Origin: a virus
Reading direction: 5' to 3' (one strand)
Virus record (IMG/VR): IMGVR_UViG_3300035696_000019
Coordinates: 32,001-96,000 of that record
Length of the DNA stretch: 64,000 nt
Shown here: positions 9,527 to 18,582 of the stretch, piece by piece
How positions within the stretch are numbered: the stretch's first letter is position 1
Layout: every line of letters starts with the position of its first letter
Program-made: the position numbers and the translations under genes
Notes under the pieces: model-generated
Told to the model about the DNA's origin: nothing
Databases searched by the model: none
What the model saw: only the letters and a program-made list of their open reading frames with translations

Positions 9527-9753
9527 GAGGCTTGGAGCCTTGGGCTTCAGGGCTGAAAGGGTGATGTTTTGAGGATTTGGCTCCGGGGTGAAAGGGTGAT
9601 GTCTGGAAGGTCGAAGACAGTGGAGGGTGGGCCTCCTCTACATAAAAATTTTTCTAAGACATGAGCTATTCAGCACGCACGCGCTACGGATACAAAAAAT
9701 CGACCACACATATATGCGCGGTCGATTAGTTTATATTCGCTCGCGATTATTAT

Positions 9754-10284
9754 TTATTCTATCGTGTAGATATATTCTATCGTCGGATATATCGACGTTT
9801 TATCATCGATGCATTGCATGATATCGTTCATGCATTGTGTAGTTATTATTCCGTCCTTATTCAGATTCTCTAAAGCGTCAAAAGCATAAGAGATATTCCG
9901 CTGTTTTTGATTGATCAAAGCAGTCATTTTTCGCGCTGTCGATTCTACGATCGACTGATACACAAGCGCGTAAAAGATAACCAGCGTCCTTTCACACACA
10001 GTCGCGTCATACGCGCGTTTCTTGCTCGCGAGCATATCAAGGTATTCCGATGCATACGCGCGCGCACCAGTCAGTGTTTCTGTAGTCGCTACGCGGTCGG
10101 AGATGTAACCGCTCGACTTTACTTTGACGTAGTAGCGTGACTCCTGCTCACTCCAAAAGATCCACGCTATATCATGCGCACTGGATACATGCGCGACGAT
10201 AGAATCAGACTTTGCGGTAAAGAAAATTTTGCGCGCTGCATTAGCAATCATTGCGAGACGTTGCGCTTTAGTCATGGTGCTCAT
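9754..10284 (-). CDS. Hypothetical protein in the GGS-free zone
   Basis: 176-aa ORF with AAAGGA RBS; very few Gly/Pro. Confidence 0.6.
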   Translation of the reverse strand: MSTMTKAQRLAMIANAARKIFFTAKSDSIVAHVSSAHDIAWIFWSEQESRYYVKVKSSGYISDRVATTETLTGARAYASEYLDMLASKKRAYDATVCERTLVIFYALVYQSIVESTARKMTALINQKQRNISYAFDALENLNKDGIITTQCMNDIMQCIDDKTSIYPTIEYIYTIE

Positions 10285-10308
10285 TTTAATATCCTTTCAG
10301 AATTAAAA

Positions 10309-10342
10309 ATTAGTGACTGAATAATATTATTCAGTCACTAAT
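10309..10342. repeat. 34-bp perfect palindrome
   Basis: ATTAGTGACTGAATAAT|ATTATTCAGTCACTAAT; overlaps an operator variant at 10332. Confidence 0.9.
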
Positions 10343-10348
10343 GAGTTA

Positions 10349-11131
10349 TTATTTAGATTGGAATAGTCGCGCTACTTCACGCGCGATGTCGGAGTCCAGC
10401 AAAGTGATACTGTCTTTTGCTGCACCTTTTTTGATGCTCGCAACACCGATAAAGGACAGCATCATGCGCGTGCTACTGCACTGAGTCGATGCTGTCGACT
10501 CGCTGCAGTTGTGCAGTCGCTTTATATCCAGCGTCTGATCCATCGCATCGTATGTGATGCTGCTGCAAATCGTCATGCGCGCGCTTTTATTATCGACATA
10601 GTTCAAACGAATCAGATTCGATATGATAGAGCGCGAATAACCATCAAAACCGGATTTAATACCACTCGCGATAGCAAAAATCGCTTTGCGGATTTTTTGC
10701 ACTGCGTAAATTGCAACAAAATCCGCGCTGGACTTGTCTGTGATGCTGATTTTTTGCGCAAGCGCAAGCAGGTCGACATCCAGATCAAGCATCTTCTTAA
10801 TCGCGAGCTTTGCAGCGCTTTTTTCAAAAGCTTTACGCTCTGTAATAAAGCTGTGCGTCTGATTCGCGCACGGTGCGTGATCCGCGCGAGCTTGAAGCGA
10901 CTCTATAAGAGCGGAATAAATCATGTCGATTTTGTTTTCGTTCTTTTTTGCTGCGAGTGTCGCAGCGCGCTTTGCTGCGATTTCCGCTTTTTGCGTATCG
11001 GTCAAAGCTACTTTTTTAGCAGTAGTCTTTTTGACGCTTTTCTTTTCAGCAGTAGCGGAAACAACCGCATCGATAACGGTATCAACTGCTGTATCCACTG
11101 CTGTATCCACTGCTACGGTTTGCTTTTCCAT
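10349..11131 (-). CDS. Hypothetical protein with Lys/Ala-rich N-terminus and probable C-terminal winged helix
   Basis: Start MEKQ has a GGAGA RBS; AVDT repeats; C-terminus SESTASTQ...LSFIGV. Confidence 0.7.
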   Translation of the reverse strand: MEKQTVAVDTAVDTAVDTVIDAVVSATAEKKSVKKTTAKKVALTDTQKAEIAAKRAATLAAKKNENKIDMIYSALIESLQARADHAPCANQTHSFITERKAFEKSAAKLAIKKMLDLDVDLLALAQKISITDKSSADFVAIYAVQKIRKAIFAIASGIKSGFDGYSRSIISNLIRLNYVDNKSARMTICSSITYDAMDQTLDIKRLHNCSESTASTQCSSTRMMLSFIGVASIKKGAAKDSITLLDSDIAREVARLFQSK

Positions 11132-11529
11132 GATGCATATCTCCAGATAACGCGCAAAGGTGCGCACATCGATGCAGCGCGTTAGTGCGCTGTCGATGTA
11201 GTCACTATACACGCTTACTTTTCATCTACAAAAAATATGTAGCTGAAAACTTGACCTAGATCAATTTACAGAATGAGTTACAAATAACGCGCGGATTAAC
11301 AACAAACGAACTGGATACCTGAGCGAATTACTCGGAATCGCAGAGCAAAGTTGATTTATGTCAAACAAACGAACGGTGTCGGAGTGAAAACGCGGTCTAG
11401 CTACTTGACAACCGCTAAAAGCAGCTCAAAAACGCTGTTTTTCTTGATATAAGTCAACAAAATCGACCGGTTTGACCAATTTTTAAGCAGCCCTGGACGG
11501 TTGCGAGACGCAATGAAGCGGTTCCGACA

Positions 11530-11820
11530 CTTTCCCTAGGGTTTCCGACGGTTTTCGGTATTTCTCCTACCCCTAGGGCACCTTCCCTAGCCCTTACCAG
11601 TCCTCGGGTGGCACCTAACCAGTCCTCGGGCGGCCCCTAGGCAACCACCCCAAGGCACAAAGGGAATCCCCAAGGCTCCAGGCATCAAGCCCGAGGTGTC
11701 ACCAGGCGTCGGGCGGCTCCTCACCAGGCAGGCAATGGCAACGCCTAGGCGTCAGGCAATAAAAAACCCTAGGTGTATCCTCGGGCGTGAGAAAGTGAAA
11801 GTCCCGAGAGTTGCCCGAGG
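11530..11820. repeat. Non-coding spacer dense in CCTAGG / CTCGGG / CCCGAG motifs
   Basis: Many copies, including ACCAGTCCTCGGGYGGC at 11596 and 11618; similar spacers at ~12260-12420, ~13215-13430 and ~14520-14730. Confidence 0.7.
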
Positions 11821-11860
11821 AGATAAATCCATAAACCGCACGGTGGCGGTTTCTGCTGCT

Positions 11861-12157
11861 TTAGAATTCATCCAAAGCATTTGCAATTAGCGTTTTGAAC
11901 ATAACGCGCGCTTGTCTGTAGTCGCGATTATTGAAAACGAACGCGGTGCGGAATGCGTCCTTTTCCATCAGCGCGCTATTTGCGTGAGAGATATTAGAAC
12001 AACCTTTTGCGTCAAAAATTGCAACAATGTGCGTGTATTCGTCCACGGTAGAAAAATCAAAGTGCTGACCAGCGATAACCGCGAACCGGTTACCCATGAT
12101 GGATTTAGCGGATTCCATCATCGCGGAATATTGCTCAAACGTCGTTATAACTCGCAT
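11861..12157 (-). CDS. Hypothetical small protein (own promoter and terminator)
   Basis: Promoter at 12193-12221; hairpin AAACCGC..GCGGTTT at 11832-11852. Confidence 0.65.
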   Translation of the reverse strand: MRVITTFEQYSAMMESAKSIMGNRFAVIAGQHFDFSTVDEYTHIVAIFDAKGCSNISHANSALMEKDAFRTAFVFNNRDYRQARVMFKTLIANALDEF

Positions 12158-12192
12158 GGTGCAGACCTTTCGTGTTTGGTTTCGATGAAATA

Positions 12193-12221
12193 ATTATCGC
12201 AACCGGATATTGGCACTTCAA
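12193..12221 (-). promoter_or_regulatory. Sigma70-type promoter, prototype of a repeated family
   Basis: TTGAAG-17bp-GATAAT with extended TG; related copies at 12530-12558 and 13130-13158. Confidence 0.75.
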
Positions 12222-12424
12222 GAGAGTTAAACACGATTGGTTTGGGCGTTTTAAACCGTAGGTGTGGCCTAGCGATCCATAAGCACCGCCTAGGTGTTGT
12301 GGCCTAGGCATGGTCAGGCAGAGGATTGGCCTAGCGATCAATAGGCAGTGCCGAGGAATTGAGTGAGATTAATACCTAGGTGTTGTGGCCTGGAGATGGA
12401 TGGGCAGTGCCTAGGAGGATGCGA

Positions 12425-12524
12425 AGTAAACCGCACATAGGCGGTTTATCTGGCTACTCCAGATCACGCTCAGCAAGTCGTGCGCCCTCCAAATCATCCA
12501 CACCAAACACGGTGCGCGGTTCGC
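12425..12524 (-). ncRNA. Candidate ~100-nt small RNA
   Basis: Promoter TTGTAA-17-GATAAT (12530-12558) and hairpin TAAACCGC..GCGGTTTA (12427-12448), with no RBS-led ORF between them. Confidence 0.35.
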
Positions 12525-12653
12525 ACATAATTATCACAACCGGATATTGACGTTACAAGCAATCAGCGTTGGGAGATTTGAACGAATTTTCGCTCGCCCG
12601 AGGAGAACCCGAGGAAGAATTAAAACAACCACTCATAGGAGTGGTCTGGTTGA

Positions 12654-13088
12654 TTACCATGGGAGAATGCAGTTTTCACCGTCGTCATCATCGAACTGGA
12701 TTTCATCCAGATCAGCGAAATAAACCGCGCGACCAAATTTTTCATGCATATGCAAGCGGTCATCATCAAAGCACAATTGCTCTACCGAGAGAATGATTGC
12801 ATCGTGTTGAATGTATTCCGCGCTGTAGTGCTTGCTTAAACACTCATTCAATTCCGCGTAGTCGGAACCCAACGCGAATTGTTCTTCAATCAGTTCTCCA
12901 GTCACGATGTTAATCGTGCGGTAAAACATGACATCGTTGAAGTAATCCGTTTCACCGTCGTCATTAGTCATGCTGACCACGCTGACCACGTATGACGCGC
13001 TGCGATTTCCAGCGTTGACGTAGCAACACTCAAACAGCGGTATAGATTTAAACTGACTGCTTGCACGGTCGATAGCGTTTTGTTCCAT
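12654..13088 (-). CDS. Hypothetical acidic protein
   Basis: Start MEQN with AAAGG RBS; promoter at 13130-13158. Confidence 0.65.
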   Translation of the reverse strand: MEQNAIDRASSQFKSIPLFECCYVNAGNRSASYVVSVVSMTNDDGETDYFNDVMFYRTINIVTGELIEEQFALGSDYAELNECLSKHYSAEYIQHDAIILSVEQLCFDDDRLHMHEKFGRAVYFADLDEIQFDDDDGENCILPW

Positions 13089-13529
13089 GATGTTACCTTT
13101 CATTCGGTAGCGAGTTATCAGACGCATTTAGTATCCATGACCGGTATTGGCACTTCAAGCGATCTACTTGGGAGCTTTCTACTCAGGGAGCACCCATCGT
13201 CCGGTAGGATACCGTTTCCTCGGGCGCTGACGCCCCTAGGAGACGCCCAAACACTCTAGAGCTACCCAACCCTTCCCCTGCTAGCGAAAACGCCTAGGAA
13301 GCGCTCTGTGTGCCCGAGAACATTTCACCTATCCCTACGTCGCCTAGGTGTCGGTAGGCAACGCCAACACCCAACCAGGGATGCGCCGCACTCAACCAGA
13401 CCTCGGGCGGCTCCTATCCAGGCTTCGGGCGGCAGAGAAAACGCCTTGGGGTCAGAGTGTGTTGAAACGCCCGACGGTGCGCTGCGTCGGGTGAGGTGAG
13501 TGACCGCGCGATGACGCGGTCAAGATCGA

Positions 13530-13811
13530 TCAGTATTCGATTTCCAGCGTATCGGACATTTCCTCACCGTAACCAAAATAATTGTCCGTTTGATCGCGCA
13601 CCGTCGCGAGCAGCGCACTTGCTGCGTAAAGATCAACGGTGGTCATGGTGACTTTGATGTTGCGCTCGTTTTCACCATCGGTCTGAAAATCCAGGCGGAT
13701 GTCCGCGACCACACCGTCGTTATCGCGGATCAGTTGGGCACAAACATAGTTGTCGTAGTCCGGGTTAAATTCCGTGATCTTCACGGTTCCTTTGCGGGGG
13801 ATATGTGTCAT
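13530..13811 (-). CDS. Hypothetical acidic small protein
   Basis: GGAG RBS; family promoter at ~13846. Confidence 0.6.
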   Translation of the reverse strand: MTHIPRKGTVKITEFNPDYDNYVCAQLIRDNDGVVADIRLDFQTDGENERNIKVTMTTVDLYAASALLATVRDQTDNYFGYGEEMSDTLEIEY

Positions 13812-14164
13812 GGTGGTTTACTCCGTGGTGGGTTTCGATACTCACAGTATCGCGCAGCGGAATAGGCTTAGAAAGCGAAAAACAGGCTGTTTGCGCAATT
13901 TTTCACTCATGCGCCCGCGAGGTGATGGGTTGAATATTGCTCGCAAAGTGCATTTATTGGCATTTTCCACCGCGCTCAACTGTGACACTCGGCAGGGTGT
14001 CACATAGAGGAGAAATGCACCCCTCGGGTGTCAATCGTGGTCTGAGATGGGTCAGGCAGCGCCTCGGGCTGGCCTGGAGTGGAATAGGTAGTGAGTGCGC
14101 TATGGCGTGGCCTAGGTGCAGAGAGGCAGCAGAACAACCGGACTGATGACCGGTCGGGTGTTGG

Positions 14165-14359
14165 TTACGGCATACAGGGATCAACCCTGGCATCGGAAAC
14201 CCAACCGAGTTGCATGGCGTGTTGCTCGGACTTTGGCAGTGCGTCGAACTGGGCGCGCGTCATGTCATTGCATTCGATGATGGCTTCGATCAGGTCGTCG
14301 TCGCCCAGACGACGGTTGAACTCGGCGTCGATCACATCTCCGTCACGGTAGGTTTCCAT
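14165..14359 (-). CDS. Hypothetical acidic small protein
   Basis: GGAG RBS; family promoter at ~14392. Confidence 0.55.
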   Translation of the reverse strand: METYRDGDVIDAEFNRRLGDDDLIEAIIECNDMTRAQFDALPKSEQHAMQLGWVSDARVDPCMP

Positions 14360-15280
14360 GATTTTATGCTCCGGTCGGTTGGTATGAGCACAGCATGACC
14401 ACGCAGTATTGGCATGAAAACACGTTTTAGAGGGATTTCGCGCAATCTTTCATTGTCGTTTTCGAGGGTGTAGGGGCATAAAATGCTAAAACGGCGGATT
14501 TTGAGCGGCAAGGGTGTCCCATGCCGAGGGGTTCGGCTGATGGCAGGGTTTCCCGATTCCGTGGTATCTCTGTGGCCGAGGGCTTTCGACTCCCGCCAGT
14601 AGACGGTAGGCACCAGGTGAGCGCCGCAGGCGCGAGCCGGTGCCGTTCTACTCCCGAGGATATCACCAGGCCGAGGGCTTTCCCTCTCCGCTACCTAGGA
14701 TCAGTCCTACCACTCCCTAGGGGTCAATCCCTCTGCCAACCATGCGCCTTCGGCGCCAACTGGCACTGGGAACACCCTTTCCAGTCTATAGTTGGCAGGG
14801 AATTTTTATACCGTGGATGAATTTTTCCCTCGCGCGCGCGCATTTAGAAAAAACCGACGAAGCGAGAGGAGGAGCCGGATGACGACGAGCGAAGCGAGGA
14901 GGAAGAAGGCTCCGTAGCGAAGCGAAGGAGGTTTTTTCCAGAGAGGAAGTAAATCAAGAGAGTCGAAACTCAGAAACAAGCCCCCCTCCCCCAAACGCTC
15001 TATGAAACTGAGCACCAGTAACGACTTGCTTGTCACTAGCGGGAGAGGGAAACCGTTTCAAGGCGTTGAGCTTAGTCGTGTCGATGGCGAAACAACAGAG
15101 CGAACCCAGAAACAAGCCCCCAGAAGAAAGAGTAAAGCGAGAGAACAAATCGCTCAACATCCCGAGACGGATAGTAAGTCACGGGTGATTTATCTGTCAA
15201 GTGGAGTAGGTGAGACCAATGCAGGTCGGTGAGAGGGGTAGATGGCGACAATGAGTGGAATACCGCCGCCCGCCAGTCAC

Positions 15281-15346
15281 CCCACTGTTGACCCACTGTT
15301 GACCCACTGTTGACCCACTGTTGACCCACTGTTGACCCACCAGTTA
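15281..15346. repeat. 11-bp tandem repeat CCCACTGTTGA x5 plus one degenerate copy (iteron-like)
   Basis: Read directly; an extra copy lies at 15403-15413. Confidence 0.9.
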
Positions 15347-16334
15347 CTCCTCTATAGCCGCCAGCAACTCTCGCTTCACTCCCACCACCACCACACTATG
15401 AACCCACTGTTGATTCACTGTCGCTCTCACCATTGCCCCCACTATCCCGCTATTCCATCTCTCGTCATTCCCCACTCTTCTCCCGATCGTTCTCTTTCTC
15501 TCCGGTATCTTATGGTCTGGTCATGCATACTCACTGGCCTGGAGATAGACAACCAGTTTGGCCTTGTAATGTTCGGGCAGCGTTTGTGCGTTCCCTGATG
15601 TGTGATTGGATCAGATGTTGATCTGGATGGTTTGGCGCGCTGTTATGGATTGCTACGTCTTGGGAATGGATATCTGGATTGGTCGGTTCGGGTAGTCTTT
15701 TCGCTTACGGTTTGTGATTGCCCGAGGCGGTTTCATTTGATCGAGGAAGGGGTTCGGGAGCCGCTATTGTGTTTGATTACGAGAGAAGTTCTCGGGAACC
15801 GGTGTTGGAGGATTTCCCGTTCCATTCATTTGACTTTTCCATTGATTTCCCCTTGTTTTGTCTTTGTGGGGTTTCATGGGGAGTCAGCCGTATGTTTAAT
15901 CATGAATTGTTTTGTTTTATATTTAATATTTATATATACGGTGGGAAGAGGTATGGGGAGTCGTCGGCTCCCAGTGTTCGCGGTTTTGGCGAAACGCTTG
16001 TAATCGCGTTGTGCGCGCTTGTTTTATGCTCTGGTATATCTCGGTATACCAGCGATTCGGGGAACGCTTCTATGGTTGTTTCTGTGGTCGGAATCGCTAT
16101 ATCACTTGCATCTATGGTCTGGATAGACTCAGATTGCGGATTGTGACTCGGGTGTCAATTTGTTTCATTGCCAAATTCCCCTTTAGAATCATAGGCTTAT
16201 AACGCTTATTGCGTTAATCCTCGGCGTCGAATTGAGAAAAACGCCTGAAAATGCAAAAAGTGTCATTTGCACACAAGCCCGAGGGGTGATTCAGCAATTG
16301 GAAAAGGCGACCGGGAGTTCCGATCGCCTTTACT

Positions 16335-16565
16335 TTAGAGTCGCGCCTTAACCAGTTCAGCGAAGCGCGCCCATGCTGCGTCGCGCCCTTCATTGGTCGG
16401 CGGGAACACTTCATGGTCGGGCAGTATTATGTCGTCGCGTGGGCGGCGGGTGTCGATCTTCTCGACGACGTGATACGCCAGGTTCTCGTCCTCGTCGAAG
16501 TCATTGACCAGTAAAATCGACTCAATCCCACAGTAGTCGAAACGCTTGATGGTGAATTGGGGCAT
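16335..16565 (-). CDS. Hypothetical small protein
   Basis: GGAG RBS; operon position. Confidence 0.55.
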   Translation of the reverse strand: MPQFTIKRFDYCGIESILLVNDFDEDENLAYHVVEKIDTRRPRDDIILPDHEVFPPTNEGRDAAWARFAELVKARL

Positions 16566-16580
16566 GGTGCCGTCTCCCTG

Positions 16581-16811
16581 TCAGTTGTGAATGAGATCGA
16601 CCAGTTTTTCGAAAGGGAGTGCCTGCGAGGATTCGATCTGACCGGTGATCTGATCGATTACGTCGAGGACAACGCCTTCGTGCGTGATCTGAACATGCAG
16701 ATCCTTGAAGCTGTCGTCGTCCTCGCACGTCTCGCGACAAACGATGCGCAACCCCTTCGGCGCGTCATGCCAGGTTATGCCGTCATCCGTGGAATACTGC
16801 GTGTGGGTCAT
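16581..16811 (-). CDS. Hypothetical small protein
   Basis: Start MTHT with AAAGGA RBS; promoter and operator at 16851-16894. Confidence 0.55.
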   Translation of the reverse strand: MTHTQYSTDDGITWHDAPKGLRIVCRETCEDDDSFKDLHVQITHEGVVLDVIDQITGQIESSQALPFEKLVDLIHN

Positions 16812-17115
16812 GGTCTTTCCTTTCGTCGCGTGGTTTGTTTCCATGCACTCAGTATGACCGACCGGTATTGGCGTAGATACGTCAGTTGTGACTTAGCCAA
16901 ATGGATCGCCAACGCCGGTTGGAGGCGCTCTTGGCGTGAAGAAGGAAATGAAAGCGCCTGCGAGAATGCAGGCGTTGGAGGGATTAGAGCTTTTTGAGTA
17001 GCGCGACCTGGCGCTCGGCCACCAGGCGCATTGTCGTAGAACTTGGTGGTGTTACCGGTGATGTGATCGATTGACCAGCCGGCATCAGCCAACCGCGTGT
17101 TGATCTGTCCTCGGG

Positions 17116-17418
17116 TCATGAAAGATCCTCCATGTGAGACTTCGGAACGGGGCCGCGCACGAATTCATAGTTGGAAATCTCACAGGCGTGTCGGTCGCGA
17201 CCGAGCATGGCCTTTCTGAATTTGCCAACTGCCTTGCCAACCCAAAAGGGACAGACCACATCGGCACGAATCCAACCCAAGCGATTGATCGGACCGCCGC
17301 CGTAAGTCGCCGTTGTGGCGAGATAGTCGGACTGACCGGTGTAGGTCAGCGACAGTTGGCGCACCAGATCGTCGGCCAGGATAACGTCGTCATCCTCAAG
17401 AATTTGAACAGAGATCAT
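17116..17418 (-). CDS. Hypothetical protein
   Basis: Overlapping operon ORF. Confidence 0.5.
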   Translation of the reverse strand: MISVQILEDDDVILADDLVRQLSLTYTGQSDYLATTATYGGGPINRLGWIRADVVCPFWVGKAVGKFRKAMLGRDRHACEISNYEFVRGPVPKSHMEDLS

Positions 17419-17728
17419 GGCATTTTTTCTCGTATTTCTTCAGCAGATCCTCGCCGTATTCGATCCACTCGGCGGCTGTCATGGTGACGATGGTTGGCCG
17501 CCCGCGCACAAACTCCTCCATGTCGGTAATCACATCCCACCAGGCGTGCATTGAGCCGTAGGGCGCAGCGATGGCGCGCATCTTTCGGGTGATTTCCAAA
17601 ATCTGCACAGCCTCAAGCAGCTCCTCCAGAAGCAGGAGAGCAATATCGCCATCTTCGAACGAGTGGCCGTTCGTATTGCGGGTGACTTTTCGCGCGCGTT
17701 CAAGCCATTCTTGAGATAGGAATTTCAT
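17396..17728 (-). CDS. Hypothetical protein
   Basis: Start MKFL overlaps the upstream stop. Confidence 0.5.
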   Translation of the reverse strand: MKFLSQEWLERARKVTRNTNGHSFEDGDIALLLLEELLEAVQILEITRKMRAIAAPYGSMHAWWDVITDMEEFVRGRPTIVTMTAAEWIEYGEDLLKKYEKKCHDLCSNS

Positions 17729-18108
17729 TTCAGCAACTCCTCCGGCACGTCCACCGAATCGCCCAGCTTGCTCGACACGTAACAGCGCATGGCGGCGATC
17801 AGCGGGGTTGGGCCGTCTTCGACGATAGTTCCGCCCGCGTTTCCGGCAGACCACTCGTCGCCCAAGAAGACCAGACCGATGCCTGCCTGCTCAATGATCG
17901 GGCCGCCTGCCTCCCACTTTTGCGAAAAGAGTAGGTCTGGGCCGGCCAAGTAGCACCCGTTCAACTTCCCGTCCTCGTCGCGCAAATATCGGAAAAGGCC
18001 GTCGCTTCTGCTCCAGGGAAGTTTCAATTCTTCGGACGGGATGCCCTTTGCGATGGCGACCGCCCAATCAAGGGCGGCGTCAGTCAGTTTGTTGGTCTTG
18101 ACTTTCAT
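17725..18108 (-). CDS. DUF2591/NinX-like phage protein
   Basis: LDWAVA...WEAGGPIIE...GPTPLIAAMRCYVSSKLG. Confidence 0.75.
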   Translation of the reverse strand: MKVKTNKLTDAALDWAVAIAKGIPSEELKLPWSRSDGLFRYLRDEDGKLNGCYLAGPDLLFSQKWEAGGPIIEQAGIGLVFLGDEWSAGNAGGTIVEDGPTPLIAAMRCYVSSKLGDSVDVPEELLK

Positions 18109-18410
18109 TCGTCGTCCTCGACAAAGAAGCCGTGTTCGCGCAGGCCGGCGGCGACCGCTTTCGGCAGGCAAACAACGCCGTCGTAATCTGTGAGCATGAC
18201 CTTGGCACCGGATGCGATTGCTGCCTGGTATTTGCCCTGCTCGAAGTCGAAGAAGCGATCCGGGGTGATCGGGGCAAGCCACAGACCACCGCCGCACTCA
18301 TCGCCGCGCTCATCGTGCTCGAAGTAGCCGTAATTGGCCGCAGTGTCGATTTCGACCGTGAATTTGCCTGCCTGGAATTTCAGGTCGAAGTTGTATTGTT
18401 GTCCGCCCAT
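18105..18410 (-). CDS. Hypothetical phage protein
   Basis: YGYFEH...GGLW...LTDYDGV; first gene after the promoter at ~18449. Confidence 0.6.
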   Translation of the reverse strand: MGGQQYNFDLKFQAGKFTVEIDTAANYGYFEHDERGDECGGGLWLAPITPDRFFDFEQGKYQAAIASGAKVMLTDYDGVVCLPKAVAAGLREHGFFVEDDE

Positions 18411-18582
18411 GATGCTTTCCTTTCATGCTGTGCTGTTCTGATGATTCATTATCGCAAGCGGTTATTGGCACTGCTACGTCATGAATGACTTACCCAAGCA
18501 AGTCGCCAATGCCGCAGAATTCTCGCCCAAGGGCGCTGTCCGGACGTGAAAAGGCCGACCAGTTGGTCGGCATGAGTCGATT

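Larger units (their letters stand above)
9634..11489. other. Zone with no GGC/GGG/GCC/CCC trinucleotide
   Basis: In a line-by-line manual scan every GG is followed by A/T and every CC is preceded by A/T. Confidence 0.85.

Noticed and set aside
10309-10342. Protelomerase telRL site
   Set aside because: No protelomerase in the window, and the arms are explained by operator half-sites; not excluded for the rest of the replicon.
15281-15346. CRISPR array
   Set aside because: The 11-bp repeats are contiguous with no spacers, and there are no cas genes.
14806-16202. ORFs in the origin-like region, including the hydrophobic 15718-16146
   Set aside because: Their composition follows the strand skew, they lack an RBS and oppose the local gene direction; they cannot be supported.
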